A stretch of DNA of 64,000 nt from the human T2T-CHM13v2.0 reference genome, Homo sapiens. The DNA is taken from assembly GCF_009914755.1 (NCBI RefSeq), contig NC_060947.1, one strand, 5' to 3'. Numbering within the stretch: the stretch's first letter is position 1; each line of letters opens with the position of its first letter. The position numbers and the translations under genes were made by a program. Under the pieces are notes generated by a model. It searched no databases, had not been told where the DNA came from, and worked only from the letters and a program-made list of their open reading frames with translations. Of this stretch, positions 44,961-57,365 are shown piece after piece.

Positions 44961-44962
<2 letters not shown>
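44865..44962. repeat. Perfect 49-bp tandem duplication followed by poly-A
   Basis: taacatctgtccacatccctgattcccctttacagctcatggcctgagt at 44865-44913 and 44914-44962; A-run 44964-44991. Confidence 0.97.
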
Positions 44963-44992
<30 letters not shown>

Positions 44993-45644
44993 ACTTAGGT
45001 AGAAATAGCAGGGACTGGCTTACCTATCGTCTATGATTTTGTTGAGTTTTGTGGGAGGGAGACTCTCTAATATTGTTTTCCTCCACTCTCATTCTCCATG
45101 GTGCAAATCCCAGGTTGGCTTTTTGTGGGTTTTTTGTTGTTGTTGTTTTGTTTTAGTTTTTTAAAATGTATAATTGACACATAAAAATGGTTTTCACATA
45201 ATCCTTCCTGCAACACAAAAGGCCCCAAGGGCACTTACCTAGCTTGCCTTCAGGGGTCAATTAATTCATGATGTGCCAGGTAGTCAGGTATACTCTATGG
45301 AGGAAAGCCTGTATCTTTGCATATCTAATTTATTTCCCAAGTTTAAAAAACAGTGCTGCTTTTGATCTGACTAGAATGGCTTGAACTGGATTCTGTTGGA
45401 AGTTAAAGTGGTATTATAATTGCTTTTTTACTTAACTGTCTACCCCAATGGAATGTACTCCTTGAGGGAAGGTATTACATGACAGTATATTGATCATTAT
45501 GTTCCCAGGGTCCCAGGGTCAGGTATAATGCCTGGCACACAATAAGTGCTTCATAAGTATTTCTTGAGTGGTTGCTGGATGAGCAAAGCAGACAGAGACC
45601 CTTTGAAGACCTTTTATAGCTGAAGCATCTGTAAGCAAGTAAGA

Positions 45645-45855
45645 ATAGTGGTTAGAGGCAGAGTTTATAGAACTGGACAACTTGGTCTTGAATCCTAACT
45701 CTGCCTCTTTCTACTGTGGCTAAATTATTTAACCTCTTCATACCTCAGTTTTACCATCTTTAAATTGGGTGTAATAATGAGATCTATCTTATAGCTCTGT
45801 GAAGATTAAAGGAGTTGAAATTGGAAATGGTAGGTGCTCAACTGTGTTAGTTTTA
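45645..45855 (+). mobile_element. MIR SINE
   Basis: ttgaatcctaactctgcctct...taacctcttcatacctcagttttaccatct. Confidence 0.75.
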
Positions 45856-46275
45856 TTTCTTAAAAAAGTGAACAGATGATCCTTTTCATGTCCTTGCAGC
45901 TTTGTTCCATGCCCACTGCTCCCCAAAAAATTAATCCTTGGGCAAAATATTTTATCATAATAAATTATTATATATCAAATCATCTCCCTTGTAATTGTTC
46001 CGTTATACAGGGCAAAAATCTTACAGGAAAAAGTGTCTCCAATCCACACTCAGTATGGCATGCTTACTAAATATACAACTGGCAAAAAAAAGTTGGTGGG
46101 GGAAGAGTGGGAGAAAATTTTGGAGCCATTTGAAGCTCTAAGTGACCTAAGCATTTGCACCATCTAATAAAATTTGATGAATCATTTTCAGTTATTAAAC
46201 ATAAAAAGGATTTGCTTATGCATGGCTATGTTTGAGCAGATTTGGTTGATACCTCATACTTTCCATTAATTATAA

Positions 46276-46665
<390 letters not shown>

Positions 46666-47180
46666 TAAGAAAATGTCTGCCACCATCCTTGTGGAAGGTT
46701 TGAAAAATTATAAATATGCCAAGTGGATCTTTATCCATTCTTCCAAGCATTCCTCTTATGCTGCTGGGATGGTTTGACTCTAATTATACTGGAAGTTCAA
46801 GTTCAAAAAAAGTTTAAGGGGGAAATGTGTGGCTGTGAGCTGACTTCTATGAAGCAACCTGGATTAGGATGCCAGTGAAAGAGGACCTGGGGGTTGGTTG
46901 GTGAGTGTGGCTGAAACTTCTCTGATATAAATCCATTCATTTGTGTGCCCTGAGGTGTGGGCACTCCTGGGGGCTCTGAGATGCCAGGCAATGGTCACTC
47001 CTGACTTCCAGTCACCAATACCAGCTTGTCCTCGTGGTTAATCTCCTATTCCCTTTCTACATATGTCATCAGACTCCTCAAACAGTTCTTAAACAGCAAT
47101 ATAGTATTACCAAATGAGGAAAGAAAAGGATAAGAAGCAACATATACAAAATGGTCTCAATTGTTTAAAAAACACACATA

Positions 47181-47325
47181 GGCCAGGTGTGGTGACTCCC
47201 GCCTGTAATCCCAGCACTTTGGGAGGCTGAGGTAAATTGCTTAAGCCCAGGAATTCAAGACCACTGTGGCAGCCTGGGCAACATAGCAAGACACCTGTAT
47301 TTACTAAAAACAAAACAAAACAAAA
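47181..47325 (+). mobile_element. Alu left monomer (FLAM_C-like)
   Basis: Single arm with (aaaac)n tail; TSD aaaaacacaca. Confidence 0.88.
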
Positions 47326-47496
47326 AACACACACACTGGGGAATGAGATTGGAAGAAAGGACACTAAATGTTAGCAGAGTTTATACTGGGCTTTTAATTT
47401 GTAGCTGATTTATATTTTTTCCTTTATGCTTGCCTGTGTTTTCTAAAATGTTTATAATAGACCTATGCTGCTATAATCATAGAACAAGGAATTAAG

Positions 47497-47795
47497 GGCC
47501 AGATGTGGTTGAGTCACGCCTGTAATCCCAGCACTTTGAGAGGCCAAGGTGGGCAGGTCACCTGAGGTCAGGAGTTCGAAACCAGCCTGGCCAACATAGT
47601 GAAACCCCATCTCTACTGAAAATACAAAAATCAGTTGGGCCTGGTCATGGGCGCCTGTAATCCCAGCCACTCAAGAGACTGAGGCAGGAGAATTGCTTGA
47701 ACTCAGGAGGCAGAAGTTGCAGTGAGCCAAGATTGTGCCACTGCACTCTGGCCTGGGCAACAGAGTAAGACTCCATCTCAAAAATAAAATAAAAT
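47497..47795 (+). mobile_element. Alu SINE (AluSx-type)
   Basis: Alu dimer with cacctgaggtcaggagttcga. Confidence 0.96.
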
Positions 47796-47888
47796 CTATT
47801 TAGAAAAATATCCATATGACATGGTGAGAACTGGCTGGGCAAGTGCTCCACATGGCCAGTTTGCAGCCACGTGTAAGAGGCGATATCT

Positions 47889-48767
47889 TGTGAAAGCTGA
47901 TTATACAAATTGGGTCATTCTTGTCATGCCCAACTAAATCAGCATCAAGGGCCAGGGGGAAAAAGAACTTGGGGAACATAGCCCCTGCTCCAAGAATTGA
48001 ATTTTCTACAAGCCCAGCTGCTGAAACAGCCAGCTGAAACCTGAAGAGCAGTTTTACCTAGCAGCTGCTGAAGCAACCTGCTGTGACTCCAAGCCTGGTT
48101 TTACCTACCACAGTCACTCACTGTATTCGTCCATTTCGTGTTGCTAAAAAGGAATACCTGAGGCCGAGTAATTTATAAAGAAAAGTTTATTGGGCTCATG
48201 GTTTTGCAGGCTGTACAAGCATGGCACCAGCATCTGCTTGGCTTCTGGTGAGGCCTCAGGAAGCTTTTACTCATGGCAGAAGACAAAGAGGGAACAGACA
48301 TGTCACATGGCAAGAGAGAGAGAGAGAAGGAGGGCATAGTCTCTCTAACAACCAGATGTTGCTGGAACTAACTGAGTGAAAACTTGCTCATCACCAAGGG
48401 GATGACACCAAGCCATTTATGAGGGATCTGCCCCCTATGACCCAAATACCTCCCACCAGACCCCACCTCTAACATTGGGGATCACAATTCAACACAAGAT
48501 TTGGAGGAGACAAACACCCAGACATCCACTCACCAATCAGAGCTTGCCAGCTCCCAAAAGCTTCTCTAGTGCCAATAAGCTTTCTTTCAAAATGATAATG
48601 TAACATTAGCATCTCTTTTTCTAATAAAACTCACAACCTTCTCTTTGTTCTTCAGACATACCGAAGACCACCCAGTCTGTGTGTATGCCCCAAACTGCAA
48701 TCCCTGCTTCCCAAAATAAAATGTTAAATTTAGAGATTCATCTCTATACTTTATTTTGGCTTTGACA
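47889..48767 (+). mobile_element. ERV1 (MER4-group) solo LTR split by an MST LTR
   Basis: TG...CA termini, 4-bp TSD ATCT (47885-47888/48768-48771), AATAAA in the 3' part; exact subfamily uncertain. Confidence 0.8.
48122..48528 (-). mobile_element. MaLR solo LTR (MSTB-like)
   Basis: tgtattcgtccatttcgtgttgcta...aatttataaagaaaag; 5-bp TSD CTCAC (48117-48121/48529-48533). Confidence 0.9.
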
Positions 48768-49654
48768 ATCTGATTGAGAGAAAACTCAGCTGCCTCTCAG
48801 ACAAGCCCAAAAGTATTACCAAATGAGGGAAAAAAAGATAAAGAGTTTCTTACAAGCTTCTATAACATCTGTCCATATCCCTGATTACCCTTTACAGCTC
48901 ATGGGCTCAGTTAAAAACGACAACAGAAAAAGACTTGAGGTAGAAATAGCAGGGACAGGGTCACCTGCCAAAAAGTCCTTACATCACACCCTGCTCCTAA
49001 GAGTTCTGCCTCTTTACTTACTGGTAGTTTCCTGATAACATGTCCCCAGTCCTCCTCCATAGGTGACAACTGGGCTGCAATTGGAGCTCAGAGCAGAACT
49101 CACCAGGAAGGAAGCAGTGTGTGTTTCACAGTCCACTGTTGAGCTAATTATTCCCAGAGGCCTACGGGACTACACAGGCTTATATTGACCATTGTCAGCA
49201 GTCAGTGCCTCCCTTTTTTGAATTGTACATTGCTGGTTAACTCTGTAAGTTAAGAAGGGAGAGTATCCATTTCTTCACCTGCTGACCCAGAGCAATTTCC
49301 TTTCTTCAAGAAAAGGGAGAAGGTTATGATTTCATAAAAGCTGCCACTTCTCTTTGGATGGAAGACTAGATTTGCTACAGACATTTTCACCTTGTTATGA
49401 ATTTGTCTGTTTGCTTTTGCTTTGGGAAATGGTATTTAGTGGGCAAAAGAATAGCTTATTTTTGAAGCACCAATGTGGAAAACAATAGTTAAAATATTAA
49501 TATCTGTTGAAGAATCCATCAAAGGGTATACCATTTATACAAACGATAATGACTTCGGAAAATATGGCTTCAAAGGGATTGTTATTTTTTGTTTATAACC
49601 TAAAGAAAATCCCTATCTAGCAAGAGGAATTCCAATTACTTCATATATTTCTTT

Positions 49655-49671
49655 TTTTTCCCTCTTCTTCT

Positions 49672-49712
<41 letters not shown>

Positions 49713-49993
49713 AGACAGGGTCTCTCTGTTCCCCAAGCTGGAGTGCAGTGGCACTATCACAGCTAACTACAGCCTCGACCTCATGGGCTCAAGCAATCCT
49801 CCCACGTCAGCCTCCCTAGTAACTGGGACTACAGGCACACATCACTATGCCTGGCTAAATTTTTTTTTATTTTTTGTAGATACAGGGTTTCACCATGTTG
49901 CCCAGGCTGGTCTCAAGCTCCTGGACTCAAGTGATCCACTGACCTCAGCCTCCCAAAGTGCTGGGATTATAGGTGTGAATTCCACGCCCGGTC
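49655..49993 (-). mobile_element. AluJ-type SINE with long T tail
   Basis: Long poly-T plus dimer; degenerate TSD tacttcatatatttc / tactccacagatttc. Confidence 0.95.
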
Positions 49994-50730
49994 ATACTCC
50001 ACAGATTTCCGATCTGACTTAAGAGCCCTCTTCCCCATCTGCTCTGCTGTGCTCTACCATTATTTCTTGTCTAGGCTTATATCATGTGATCTCCAAGGTC
50101 TCCCTTTGACTAAAGCAATTTGTGTATGTGTCTTGTCTTCCCTACTCAATTAGAAGCTCATCAGGGGCAAGTGAACATACTGTTCCATTTGTCTAAGGTC
50201 CACATTGCTTATCTCAGTTCCTGCCACATATTAGTAGCACAATCAGTTCTTATCAAACAAATGAATCTTAAATATATTCATTGGTCATTTATTCCTTCAT
50301 TCAGTTAGTCACTCAACAGATATTGTTTGAGCACAACTATACGCCAGTCATGTTCAAGGTGCTGAAGATACAAACTTAAACAAATGAGGCTGAGATCCCC
50401 ATCCTTAGGAAACATATTCTATTCAGTTTGACCTGTTACTGTGAAAACCTTTAATCTCCTTGTTTAAGGGTCTAATTGCTGATTTCTGGTAGTTCATCTG
50501 AAAGGCGGTAGGAGTATATATTTTTTGTGGCCTTTCCTTTTTCCAAGGATGTGTTCAGGATCAGGAAGCAAATAAAGCCTTTAAAGAAAACCTATGAGTT
50601 CAAAATTTGCCCCAGAACATTGTGTGGCTAAAGGTACAGCCCCAGATAGATCCCTCCCTCATTGAGGAGTTGGGGCCCCGTGCATAATCTGAAAGGGAGG
50701 GGGTGAAACAAAAGGATGTAACTCACCTGT

Positions 50731-51668
50731 TATCGGGGGAACCCACCCCCGATAATTCAACGTGGGTCCTTTTCTATTTTCCCTAAGTATTTCTCGGCCA
50801 GTCCGAGAAATAAAGGGAAAGAGTACAAAAGAGAGAAATTTTAAAGCTGGTTGTCCGGGGGAGACATCACATGTCGGCAGGTTCCATGATGCCCAATGAG
50901 CTGCAAAACCAGCAAGTTTTTATTAGTGATTTTCAAAAAGGAAGAGAGTGTACAAATAGGGTGTGGGTCACAGAGATCACATGCTTCATAAGGTAACAAA
51001 ATATTACAAGGCAAATGGAGGCAGGGCGAGATCACAGGACTGGGGCAAAATTAAAATTGCTAATGAAGTTTCGGGCACGCATTGTCATTGATAACATCTT
51101 ATCAGGAGACAGGGTTTGAGAGCAGACAACTGGTCTGACCAAAATTTATTAGGTGGGAATTTCCTCATCCTAATAAGCCTGGGAGTGCTACGGGAGACCG
51201 GGGCTTATTTCAACTCTTATCAGCAACTGTAAAAGACAGACGTTCCCAGAGCGGCCATTTCAGAGACCTCCCCCTAAGAAAAAGAATTCAGTGATATTTC
51301 TCCTATTTGTTTTTGAAAGGAGAGAAATATGGCTCTGTTCTGCCTGGCTCTCAGGCAGCCAGACCTAATGGTTATCTCCCTTGTTCCCTGAACATCGCTG
51401 TTATCCTGTTCTTTTTTCAAGGTGCCCAGATTTCATATTGTTTAAACAATTTGTGCAGTTAATGCAATCATCACAGGGTCATGAGGTGACATACATCCTC
51501 AGCTTATGAAGATGATGGGATTAAGAGATTAAAGTAAAGACAGGCATAGGAAATCACAAGAATATTGATTGGGGAAGTGATAAATGTCCATGAAATCTTC
51601 ACAATTTATGTTCTTCTGCCGTGGCTTCAGCTGGTCCCTCCGTTCAGGGTCCCTGACTTCCCGCAACA
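50731..51668 (-). mobile_element. MER11 solo LTR (HERV-K11/HML-8)
   Basis: Minus strand starts tgttgcgggaagtcagggaccctgaacggagggacc and ends cccccgata; 6-bp TSD ACCTGT (50725-50730/51669-51674). Confidence 0.93.
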
Positions 51669-52194
51669 ACCTGTGATAAAAGACACCCTTGAGTCACCCT
51701 CTCCCCCCTCTTCCTAAAGTTAAGAATTTAGGAACTCTGTGGACTTAGAAAATGAGGAGCCAGGATAAAGCTGTCTGTGTGAATTGAATGGTAGCTGGTC
51801 ATTCCAGAGGTGTTCAGAAACCTAGATATGACCTAGGAGGAAGGAGACCCACAGTACCTGAGCCTAGGGTGGAGTTGGGAGCAAGAAGAGGCAGGCAACC
51901 TCTGGAAAGTGGAAAGTAATCCACTGGGAATTCTCATAAATTTTAGGATGAGTGCAAGGCTTCCTAGAGCCTGTGTGATTGAGCCCTAAGCTGTTTTATC
52001 TAAACGTGAAAGGAAAGCCTGGGCCTGGAAAGCTGGAGTGCATGGAGAATTCAGATTATTCTTCAGTCTCAACCTTCTTTTCCACGCTAAGGAGAGCAGT
52101 TCATTGGCAGCTCTGTATAGGATGCCAAACATGTTTATCTGGTGGGTCTTCATGTTGCCTCACTTCCAGAAAATCTAAGAACTTTAAAAGACTG

Positions 52195-52241
52195 GCACGT
52201 TGTATACATGTACCCTAGAACTTAAAGTATATAAAAAAAAA
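52195..52241 (+). mobile_element. L1PA extreme 3' end fragment
   Basis: gcacgttgtatacatgtaccctagaacttaaagtata plus A-run matches the terminus of primate L1PA elements. Confidence 0.85.
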
Positions 52242-53922
52242 CCCTCTAATAGTAGAAGGATCTCATTTTAAAAACTTTTACTCATAGTTGGGAACAAACT
52301 TTCCCTATATTAAAAGGAGACAGAACATCAATCTGAGTGTACACAATGCAAAATTCTGAACCAATTCCTGTTTTGTGGAACTGTTTTCTGGATATATTAT
52401 ATGCAGTGGACAGGTAGGTCCTTGTAGCCCACTGTTTTCTCTGAGGGATCCAGAACTAATTCCAGGAAAAAGCAGAAAGACTCTCAAGCTTATGGTTTTG
52501 ATGCCTCCTTTGCCCATGAAGAAGATGCTATTTTCCATCAGCAATCTATTTGCATGAGCCACTTTGTATGTACAAACTAAAAATGAACAACATTGACCAA
52601 AACTCTCAGCAGTGGGGGCAATGTGATGAATGGATGATGACTCTTTCTCTCTCCCAGCCTTATCACCAAACCCCTCCATTTCAACGCTCAAAAAAGTAAC
52701 TAAAACAAGGGAAACCCAAGGTTTCACAAAAATGACAAATTCAATTTGATTAGAACAAACTCCCGCTTTCCTCAAAGGTATATGCTCCTGCACCGTTCTG
52801 GCTTTGAAATTGAACTTTGGGAATAAAGGTTTGAAAGATCACCTTGGTTTTGGGGGGACCCATGTGGCAAATTACCTCTCCTCTATTTCTGTAAAAAATG
52901 AGGATTCAGAGAAAACTTGGAACCCCAAAACTTCCCTCTAAAAATGTAAACTTCTGCTGAAGAGGATGTCATGTTTACGACAATAACAACAACCAAAGCA
53001 GGTCATTGTGATGACAGGCGGGTTAGTCACATGCCTGTTCACATTCCATCTGCAGCTTAGACTCTAAAACCCTTTGGCTTAACGTCTCCCCTTTGGAGGC
53101 TGAAAAACAAATAGAATAATGGAGAACATTTAGCTCCAGAGGATTTAGTAATCTTTTCATCCATTTGATTTATAAAACTGATTGGAAGGAATGGAGAAGC
53201 TTCTCTTGTTGTTACCATTTAGCTCTTTACCTTGATGCTCTATTTTGCTCCCTTAAAGCTTTTAATGGTCCCAGATAAATCAGAGCTTTCACATCACCCT
53301 GCCACTTTCTGCAATCTGAATACTCTGTGTCCTAATCTAGGATCGAACAAGTTTAAAAGATCATTTGCTTTTGAACGCGGTTTGCTGAGTCTTTCTACCC
53401 TCCATGGAGATCTTCTGCATTGAAAAATTCACAATTCTGGTTCAGCTTGAACTTGGGTTTTCCAAAAGTTTCCACTGGACTCCTTAAGGATGAAAAGAGG
53501 AAAGTCTTAGAGACAAGACAGAAGGCAGGCGCTAAGGCCAGCCAGAGCGAAAAAGATTTCTAGGAGTTAGCAGCCAAATAAAACAACGGCAAACAAAACA
53601 AACCCAGGCTGCCCTTTCCTCTGCTCTGCAGGCTCTTATCTGTTGGTGAACTCAGCCGCCTCAGTCTAGAATACTCAGCCCCAGCGTCACTGAGAAGGCT
53701 GAGTTTGTGCCTGTCCGTCCCAGGTACCTCTCAGCACCCTGCACAGTCTTTGTTCCAGCACATTCCTCATAGTTTTGTAACTATTTGTCCACTGGTCTGT
53801 CACCACTAACATCTAGCACCCTCTCGTCTAGTCTGTGTTCCTTGTGTATATTCCTAACTAGTACTAGTGTGTTAACTAGTAGATAAATTCTACCAGAATT
53901 TAAATTCTTATTCTCATAGGAC

Positions 53923-54153
53923 AGGGATTTTCGACCTCAGCTCTTTTGACATTTGGGGCCAGATCATTCTTTAGGTGTGGGCTGTCTTATGTATTGTGGG
54001 ATGTTTAGCAGCAGCCCTGGCCTCGGCCTACTGGACGCCAGGAGCACCCCCCACCCCCCAAATTGCTGCAGTGGAAAATGTTTCCGGGCTTTGCCAAATG
54101 TCCCCTGTGGAGCAAAATCTGCGCCGTCCCCCCAAACCTCTTGAGAACCACTG
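53923..54153. mobile_element. MER20 hAT-Charlie MITE
   Basis: tgacatttggggccagatcattctt...gggatgtttagcagcagccctggcctc...ttgagaaccactg. Confidence 0.88.
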
Positions 54154-54429
54154 CTGCAGAGTAATACGAAAAATATGGGTTGAATGATTTAGTCCACATG
54201 GTCTCTAATCACAGGGACTCTCCAAAGCTATCAAAATTGTCCCTTATTTTTATTTTTTAGAAGAAAGCATCAACGTTTTACTGATGTAACCACCAGCTTC
54301 TACTTTAGACACATATTTTAAAATCACATTAAAACCAAAGTTTTTTGTTTGTTTGTTTTTATTTTTGTTTTTGTTTTGTTTTGTTTTTTAAAGTATCCCT
54401 GAGAGGTAGGTTTACTTAGCAGGGTCTCT

Positions 54430-54700
54430 AGGGTAGTAGTTAAGAGCATAGAGTGTGGAACCAACTGCTTCAGTTTAAAATCCAGTTCTACCATAAACCA
54501 CCTGCATGATCTTGGGGAAGTTACCTAACCTCTCTGTGTGAAATCCTCAGCTATGTAATGATCCAAGTAATCTAAATTATAATGTAGAATAATAATAATA
54601 CTGCCTGCTGAATAGGGTTGTTGAAAGGGTTAATATTTGAGTTAATATTTGAAAAGCTCTTAGAACAGTTCCCAGCACAAAGTAAGCAAGATATAAACAT
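54430..54700 (+). mobile_element. MIR SINE
   Basis: gtagtagttaagagcat...tgatcttggggaagttacctaacctctctgtg. Confidence 0.75.
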
Positions 54701-55269
54701 TAGCTCCAAGCCAAGAAGTACAGGGTTTTCAAAAAGTCTCTAAATTCAAGCACATTTGTTTAGAACTATTTGGAAGCCTTATGTTTCTGCTGCCAAAGGG
54801 ATCAGAGTAGACCCTGCAATATGTACAAAACATCTCTATACTTCCAACATTTTGGAACTGAATTATAAATTTCCAGTCAGCTCTGTAACTTTCTATTCTT
54901 AAGACTTTACTTTCCTTCCGTTGTGACTTCAACTACTCAATGTAGAAAGTAAGAAATACAATGAGTCTCAGAAATAAAATGGGAAATCTCATTGCCTATT
55001 GTATGTGCTAGTCAGTGTTTCACACTTAACTACTAGAGGCAAACACAATGGAAACCAGTTGGCTGCCATTTTGATAACACATTCAAGTTTATTTGTGTTC
55101 TCTGGGCCATTCATCTCTAGGGAATTTCTCTTTGTTTATTCTTCTTCCCTTTTTGTGTACAAAAAAAGAATTTAAAATATGTTATGCCTTTGTCCTCACT
55201 GTGTAGTGGTGTTTAGACTAGCATCTGTGATAATAACAGTATTTGTTGCCATTCTTCAACATTGTATTT

Positions 55270-55515
55270 TGGAGGCAGCATGGTGTGGGGATGAGGACAT
55301 GGCTTTGGGGCTCTATTTCCAGTTTTACAACTAACTAGATATGTCACCTTGGGTGAGGCACTTAATTTCTCAATGGCTGTTTCTCCACGTGTATGGTAAA
55401 ACTGATGTTACTACTCTCATCAGAGAGTTTTAGTGAGACTGAAAGGAAAGTTCATCTTCAGAAGTCGGCACAGAGCAAGACTCATGGTTGAGGTTCTGTA
55501 GATATTAGCCATTAC
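55270..55515 (+). mobile_element. MIR SINE
   Basis: ggaggcagcatggtgt...caccttgggtgaggcacttaatttctc. Confidence 0.7.
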
Positions 55516-55622
55516 CATTCCTAATATCTCACAACCACAGTGGAGGTAATAATTTTTCAAGCAGTTTTATGCTTATTGTCTCATTTGACGAGAGTATTGT
55601 TCAAAAAGTAGGGGAAGGTGAT

Positions 55623-55951
55623 TTTAATGAACTGAATATTTATGTCCCTCCCAAATTCACATATTGAAATCCTAACATCCAATGTGATGGTATTAGCAGG
55701 TAGGGCCTTTGGGAGGAAATTAGGTCATGAGGGTAGAGACCTCATGAATGAGACGTGTGCCCTTATAAAAGAAACCCCAGGAAGTTGTCTTACCCTCTTT
55801 CCTCCTGAAGAAGGATCTCACCAGAATCCAGTCATGTTGGCACCCTGATCTTGGACTTACAGCCTCCCGAACGATGAGAAATAATTTTTTGTTGTCGTTG
55901 TTTAAGAAGCCCGTTCTATGGTATTTTGTTATAGCAGCCTGAACTAAGACA
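55623..55951 (+). mobile_element. MaLR solo LTR (MSTD/MLT1A-like)
   Basis: aaattcacatattgaaatcctaac...ggtattttgttatagcagcctgaactaagaca; TSD-like gtgat/gtgaa. Confidence 0.85.
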
Positions 55952-56092
55952 GTGAATTTAGCCGCACATTAAAGAGAAGATGACCAAGGCAAAAAGATGG
56001 TGAGAAATTTGCCCAAGGTCACCAGTGACTTAGCATCAGTTCAATCTGGAACTGGATCCCCAAGACCCCAAGTCTCATGCACTTTTTTCCAC

Positions 56093-56260
56093 CAGTGCTT
56101 CTCAAAAATTAATGTATACTCAGACAATCTGGGAATCCTGTTAAAACACAGATTCTGATTCAGCCAGTCTGGGGGAGGTGCTGAAATTCTGAATTTCTAA
56201 CAAGCTCTGAGAAGGCGCCAATGCTGCTCGTTCATGGAACCCACTTGGAACAGTGAGGGT
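56093..56260. mobile_element. MER5A hAT-Charlie MITE
   Basis: cagtgcttctcaaa...cagattctgattcagccagtctgggg...ttctgaatttctaacaagctc. Confidence 0.8.
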
Positions 56261-57024
56261 CTATAACTGGTTTCATCAACCTCTGGAACTTATGATTCCT
56301 TGAAGCTAAACTTTCATCAGAGTTCGAAGAAAAAAAAAGTGTGCAAAAAAAAAAATCACAAAACATATAATGAGATAACTCCCAAAGTTATTATAATCTC
56401 ACTACTGTGAAGTTACAAGGGAGTTTATTACCAAAATACCCATCGAACTTCAAAGTGTCAGTACAAACAGGCAACCCTCAATTTTGCCAAGGCCTACAAT
56501 CAATGAAAAGTTTCTATTCTGTTGCCTGATTGGAGGTCCTGCTGGGAGACACAAAAGTCCCTTCCCTCCTTCCCTTCATTTAGCACCAGGGAGTTCATTA
56601 CCAATGGGGGCTCCATGCAAAAGAACATTTCTCTATCTTCTGAAAATTGATTGCTCCCTCTCTCTGTACATTTGTTTTTCATTTACACAGATATTTCAGC
56701 TATTTTTGATTTGTGGTGTAACCTAGGTAACCTAAATCAGCTAAAATAAGAACTAATTCCAACCTCCAGATCAAATGGCAAACCACACCTGAGCTTTGCA
56801 CAGATCAAGTAGCAGAAGGAATAGCGAGGTTTTTGTGAGGAGGGCTGCCTTCTTTGATCTGATGTGGCCCGGACAGCATGGGAGCCGGTGCAGATGTGTA
56901 AGAGAGGCTCAAGTGCCACTTTGGAAGATTCACCAAGAAGAGTGCATTCTTCTCTCTTCTGGTTTCTCCATATTGTTCTTTTGGGTGTTCACTTTCAGAT
57001 TCTGCTGGCCTTTGCATATTAGAG

Positions 57025-57365
57025 AAGGGGTTGGCAAACTTTGTCTGTAAAGGGTCAGCCAGTAAATATTTTCGGCTTTGAAGGCCACATACACGGTCTC
57101 TGTCACAACTACTCAACTGTGCCCTTTGAGCTCAAAAGCAGCCACAGACAATATGTAAACAATTGGGCATGGCTATGTTCCAAATAAACTTTATTCATGG
57201 ACACTGAAATCCTAATTTCAATTAATTTTCATTTGTCATGAAATATTATTTTCCTTTTGATTTTTTTTCACCATTTAAAAATGTAAAAACCACTCTGCTT
57301 GCAGGCTGTATAAAACCAGGCGGCAGGCCGGAGGACTTGGCTCACAGGCCATAGTTTGTCTACCG
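57025..57365. mobile_element. MER58B-like hAT-Charlie MITE
   Basis: aggggttggcaaactttgtctgtaaaggg start and ggccatagtttgtctacc end. Confidence 0.88.

Noticed and set aside
52305-52793. 162-aa ORF in unique sequence
   Set aside because: Non-ATG start, no recognisable domain or exon structure; length compatible with chance
53631-53722. Possible exon between ctctgctctgcag and cag|gtacct
   Set aside because: Weak donor and no supporting frame or partner exon
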